From NCBI GenBank assembly GCA_043228905.1, contig JBHGNT010000011.1, positions 15,376,001 through 15,440,000 on the forward strand: 64,000 nucleotides of DNA. The letters are read 5' to 3'. Each line of letters starts with the position of its first letter. Positions within the stretch are counted from its first letter, which is position 1. The notes below the pieces were generated by a model. It ran no database searches. It had not been told where the DNA came from and saw nothing but the letters and a program-made list of their open reading frames with translations. Source of the DNA: Azolla caroliniana (taxonomy: Eukaryota; Plantae; Polypodiophyta). This document shows positions 60,621 through 64,000 of the stretch, piece by piece. The position numbers and the translations under genes were made by a program.

Positions 60621-63600
60621 ATCATATCTCTATCTCACCTTATTCACTAAGGTTTTGGAGCATCTCTGTATCTCTACCTCGAAAGATTGGTTGAGTGCCA
60701 TGGGGTCCATTATTCCACATGCTACTCGTCAAGCTCCAGGACGCCCTCTTAGTTCATTTTGTCCCAGCTTGCTTGTCCATATGTCCACACCTATCAGTAC
60801 CTCCTCTAAACCAAGCTCATGCCCTCTTCTCACTTTTTTCATTTGCACTATGCTCGACAGCCTCGTGCTTTGTTTTCCCTCTCTCGCTCGTATCTCTTGC
60901 CCATGAAGCTCGACCGAAGCTCAATTGAACGAAACCATGTGTCTTGTTTTCACGCTTCACTGGAAAGCTCACTCACACATGCCTAGGAGGGAGGGCGGAG
61001 GGGTCCTTATTTCACACCTGAACGGAGCTCGTACGGAAAAGCAACCAACCAAGTTGTATGTCACACCACTCAACGTAAGTTCATTTTAAAAGGATTTCTT
61101 TATTCGAAAGCTTAGTCAATTCAAATAGAATCTCTCGTATGAAAAGCATGGATGTCCAATCAGTTGTTGATGGGGCCCTCTCAATTAAGGAGGACCAAGG
61201 TGTGAACCATTCATAGTTAATACATTAACGATGCCATGAGTTATTAAAGGAAGAAGAAACGCATTGTAGATAATATCTAGAGTGATTCATTTGAACAAAG
61301 AGGTATACACAAACTAGAGAAGCTAGCATTTCATAGTTCAAAATCTATCTTACGTATATGCAACAAGAAGGCTCTCAACATTAGTATGTTGAACAATGTC
61401 GAGCTTGAAAGGGTAGTTTTCCCAACATTTGCTTTTGCGGGTACATAGATGCATGTCTCTAGCGCCGCACGTGATGGTATCTCGTTTTGTGTTTCTATTA
61501 CATGTTCTTTTGAAAGGATCCAATGCAATGTAACATTTATGCATGGTGAGACTAAGCAAGGATGTAAATTTGAAGTTCCCTTGCCTTTTCCACTACAGCT
61601 GGTAGGATGAGTAAAGTTTGAAAATTGAATGGTTGTACCAATATTGAACGTGAAAGCTACAACACGTGAAAGATACATTCTCTCTCTAGCACCATCGGGA
61701 ATCAGATGACATAGTTGTGTACATTAGATTCAAAGGTCCATGCCACTACCTCATGAATTGTGGTGGACTTATTTTAGACCTTATTGAGAGTGATTTTCTA
61801 TTTGAAGCAGGAAACTGACATAATTTGGCTACACAAAAACACTCAAATATAATGAAAGTTTGACACGCAAAATGTGAAGTCTAACAATACTCATGAAAGC
61901 ATTGAGTACGAAATGTATGATGCCCAAATTGTGAAGAGATATGTACTATGAAGGACTTGGCAAGTTTAAATGATTGAGTGAACTATATATATCCATATGA
62001 TGTATGTACATATGTGTGTGCATGTATATTAATATACACGAAACCTTATAAATATCATGGTAATCTTTCAACTTTCATACAATTTAGTTTGTCAAAAGCT
62101 TAGAATAATGCACAGGATTATATTGCCCCAATTGGTTGGTCGCACGAGCACCAAGGGGGAATAGTTGTTACACATAAGTGTGAAGATCGAATGTGGCAAC
62201 AATTGGCCAAGAAACACTAAACAAACAATTAAGATACTTCGGTCTATAGTATATACTCATATGTCATAGCAAAGTCTAGTTCACAAGAGTAAACATTGAC
62301 AACAACATTTCACATTGAGTTTGTCTTTTATCACCATGGCATTTCACAAATATGGGTGCGAATGTCGTTGTTTCTTATCTTTCTTTCTATTCAAACATTT
62401 CCTCTCAACTCTCTTTACATATATGAATAGCCGATTGAAATAAGAGTTATGCCTTCCATCATACGGTTTTGTTTTCGAGGGTATCATCCTCGACATTCAG
62501 TCAAACACTTATTTTGATGCAATTCCACCAATATGTGTACATACATTGAGAGAGAGACAGAGACGGAGATGGAGATTGAGAAATTTGATCCATCAATGTG
62601 AGATTATTTCTAATTACTTTAGCTTTTTACCAAGGTGGTAAGGATAAATTCGATATTTTCAAAGTTAATTGGGTATTTCTCATATTACTCTTAAAATGGG
62701 GCAATTTTTCTTTTGCTTCCTTTCTTTAAGCAATACATCATGTTGTTATCCGCTTTTGTAGGTTGGTTTATACCACTAGAATCAAGACTTCTTTGTATTG
62801 CTTTGATAGTGTTTTCTTTTCACTTTAAGTAATTGTTTGATTGGTTCCGCATCAAATCAGTTGCTCTAGAGATTTATTTAATATGCAACTTGATAGCACA
62901 CAATTCACATTGGGTTTGCTCAAAAGCATAATATAGTTAGCAAGGAAAGAGATGGGAGGGAAATCTAATAAATAGGCAAGAAAGGTAAATAAAAACTAAC
63001 AAGGAGTTTTGAAGATGGATAGACTCACCAAACATTTACACGCGCCCTTCATGAGAAGGAATCAAACCTATTTGAGGGTGGATATTTTGAGGGGTACAAT
63101 ACCCCTTTTAGAACTGGCAAGGGAGTTGAGGATAGGAAAACCACATATGATTAGTGATAAACACATGAGAATATGCATGTGTTTTTGTGCACTCATACAT
63201 TGTTAATGCCATTTTGTAGTTAAATCTAGTGTAAGTTAATCCTACCCCTACCACTTGATCCTACATGTTTAGGCATTCAATATATTCCATGCAAGCTCGC
63301 ATACTTGATACACGACAACACACACCACATTCAATGTAGTCTTGCTTGGGGTTAGGTTTGTAAACACGTAAAGAGGGGAGGGAAAGAGCCCAATGAATGT
63401 AGCTCAATTGGTAAGGTTATCCAATGAACACCAAAAGGTCATGCATTTAACCCCTACTTTAAGTTGTGATATTTAAATTTTAGACCAAGGAAAAACACGT
63501 ACATGTGATAAATTTCAAAGAGACCAAGCATGTTTTTCATGCATAGTAACATGACGTGCCCCACAATTGAAGAACAAATTGGATCAAACATTTATATGAA

Positions 63601-64000
63601 GTGGGAGATTTAAATCAAATAAACAATATTCTAACGTAGAAAAAGTCATTTGGGTATAATTCCTATATCATGGCTTGGGAGAGATCTAAGGCTCACACTT
63701 TGCACTTTATATTGCATATGTTGCAACAAATGACAATTTGATCCTCTTCTCCTTAAAATTAAATTTCATTAAGCAAAACACGTGAGATCCCATCCCTCTG
63801 TCCATAGTCCATACCACTCCTTAAAGTCATGGTATTAGGGCAACGAGAATGAGGCTCATTGACTATGCATGTTTCTCCCCCAATAACTTCACAAGTCTAT
63901 CACACTATATTCCAATACTGTGGTCTTGATTGTATTTGAGCTACATTTGCTCACATTTTTTACCTTAAGCCCTAAACATTTAAAACCTTGAATCCTAAAC

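Noticed and set aside
61268-61280. Evening-element-like AATATCT upstream of the LUX-like gene
   Set aside because: It is not the full AAAATATCT, lies ~1.2 kb away, and is expected by chance in AT-rich DNA.
63965-64000. CCCTAAA/CCTAAA telomere-like motifs at the window end
   Set aside because: Only two scattered, imperfect units and no tandem array.

Overview
Eukaryotic (land-plant) genomic DNA. It is probably from a non-seed plant, inferred only from the retrotransposon types. Bases 1-43077 are a nested LTR-retrotransposon island whose structure can be resolved from LTR ends, PBS/PPT and target-site duplications (TSDs). Copia A (1167-23875) contains Copia B in its gag and Copia C in its 3' LTR, and C contains Gypsy D in its 5' LTR. 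Gypsy E (24213-39036) contains a Copia solo LTR and an inverted Gypsy G. A deleted A-family Copia H (39248-43077) and the 5' end of a fourth Gypsy Z (1-828) flank the nest. Bases 43078-64000 are AT-rich host DNA with two minus-strand genes: a 5-exon Alfin-like PHD gene and an intronless-CDS LUX/PCL1/BOA-like GARP gene. The most interesting element is the tRNA-Trp-primed Gypsy lineage (Z, D, E, G). It encodes Gag-protease in ORF1, appears to reach RT-RH-IN by a -1 frameshift at G_GAU_UUU followed by a covarying H-type pseudoknot, and all four insertion sites are 4-mers centred on CpG (three paired TSDs, one single flank). Coordinates and difference counts were read by eye and may be off by a few bases.
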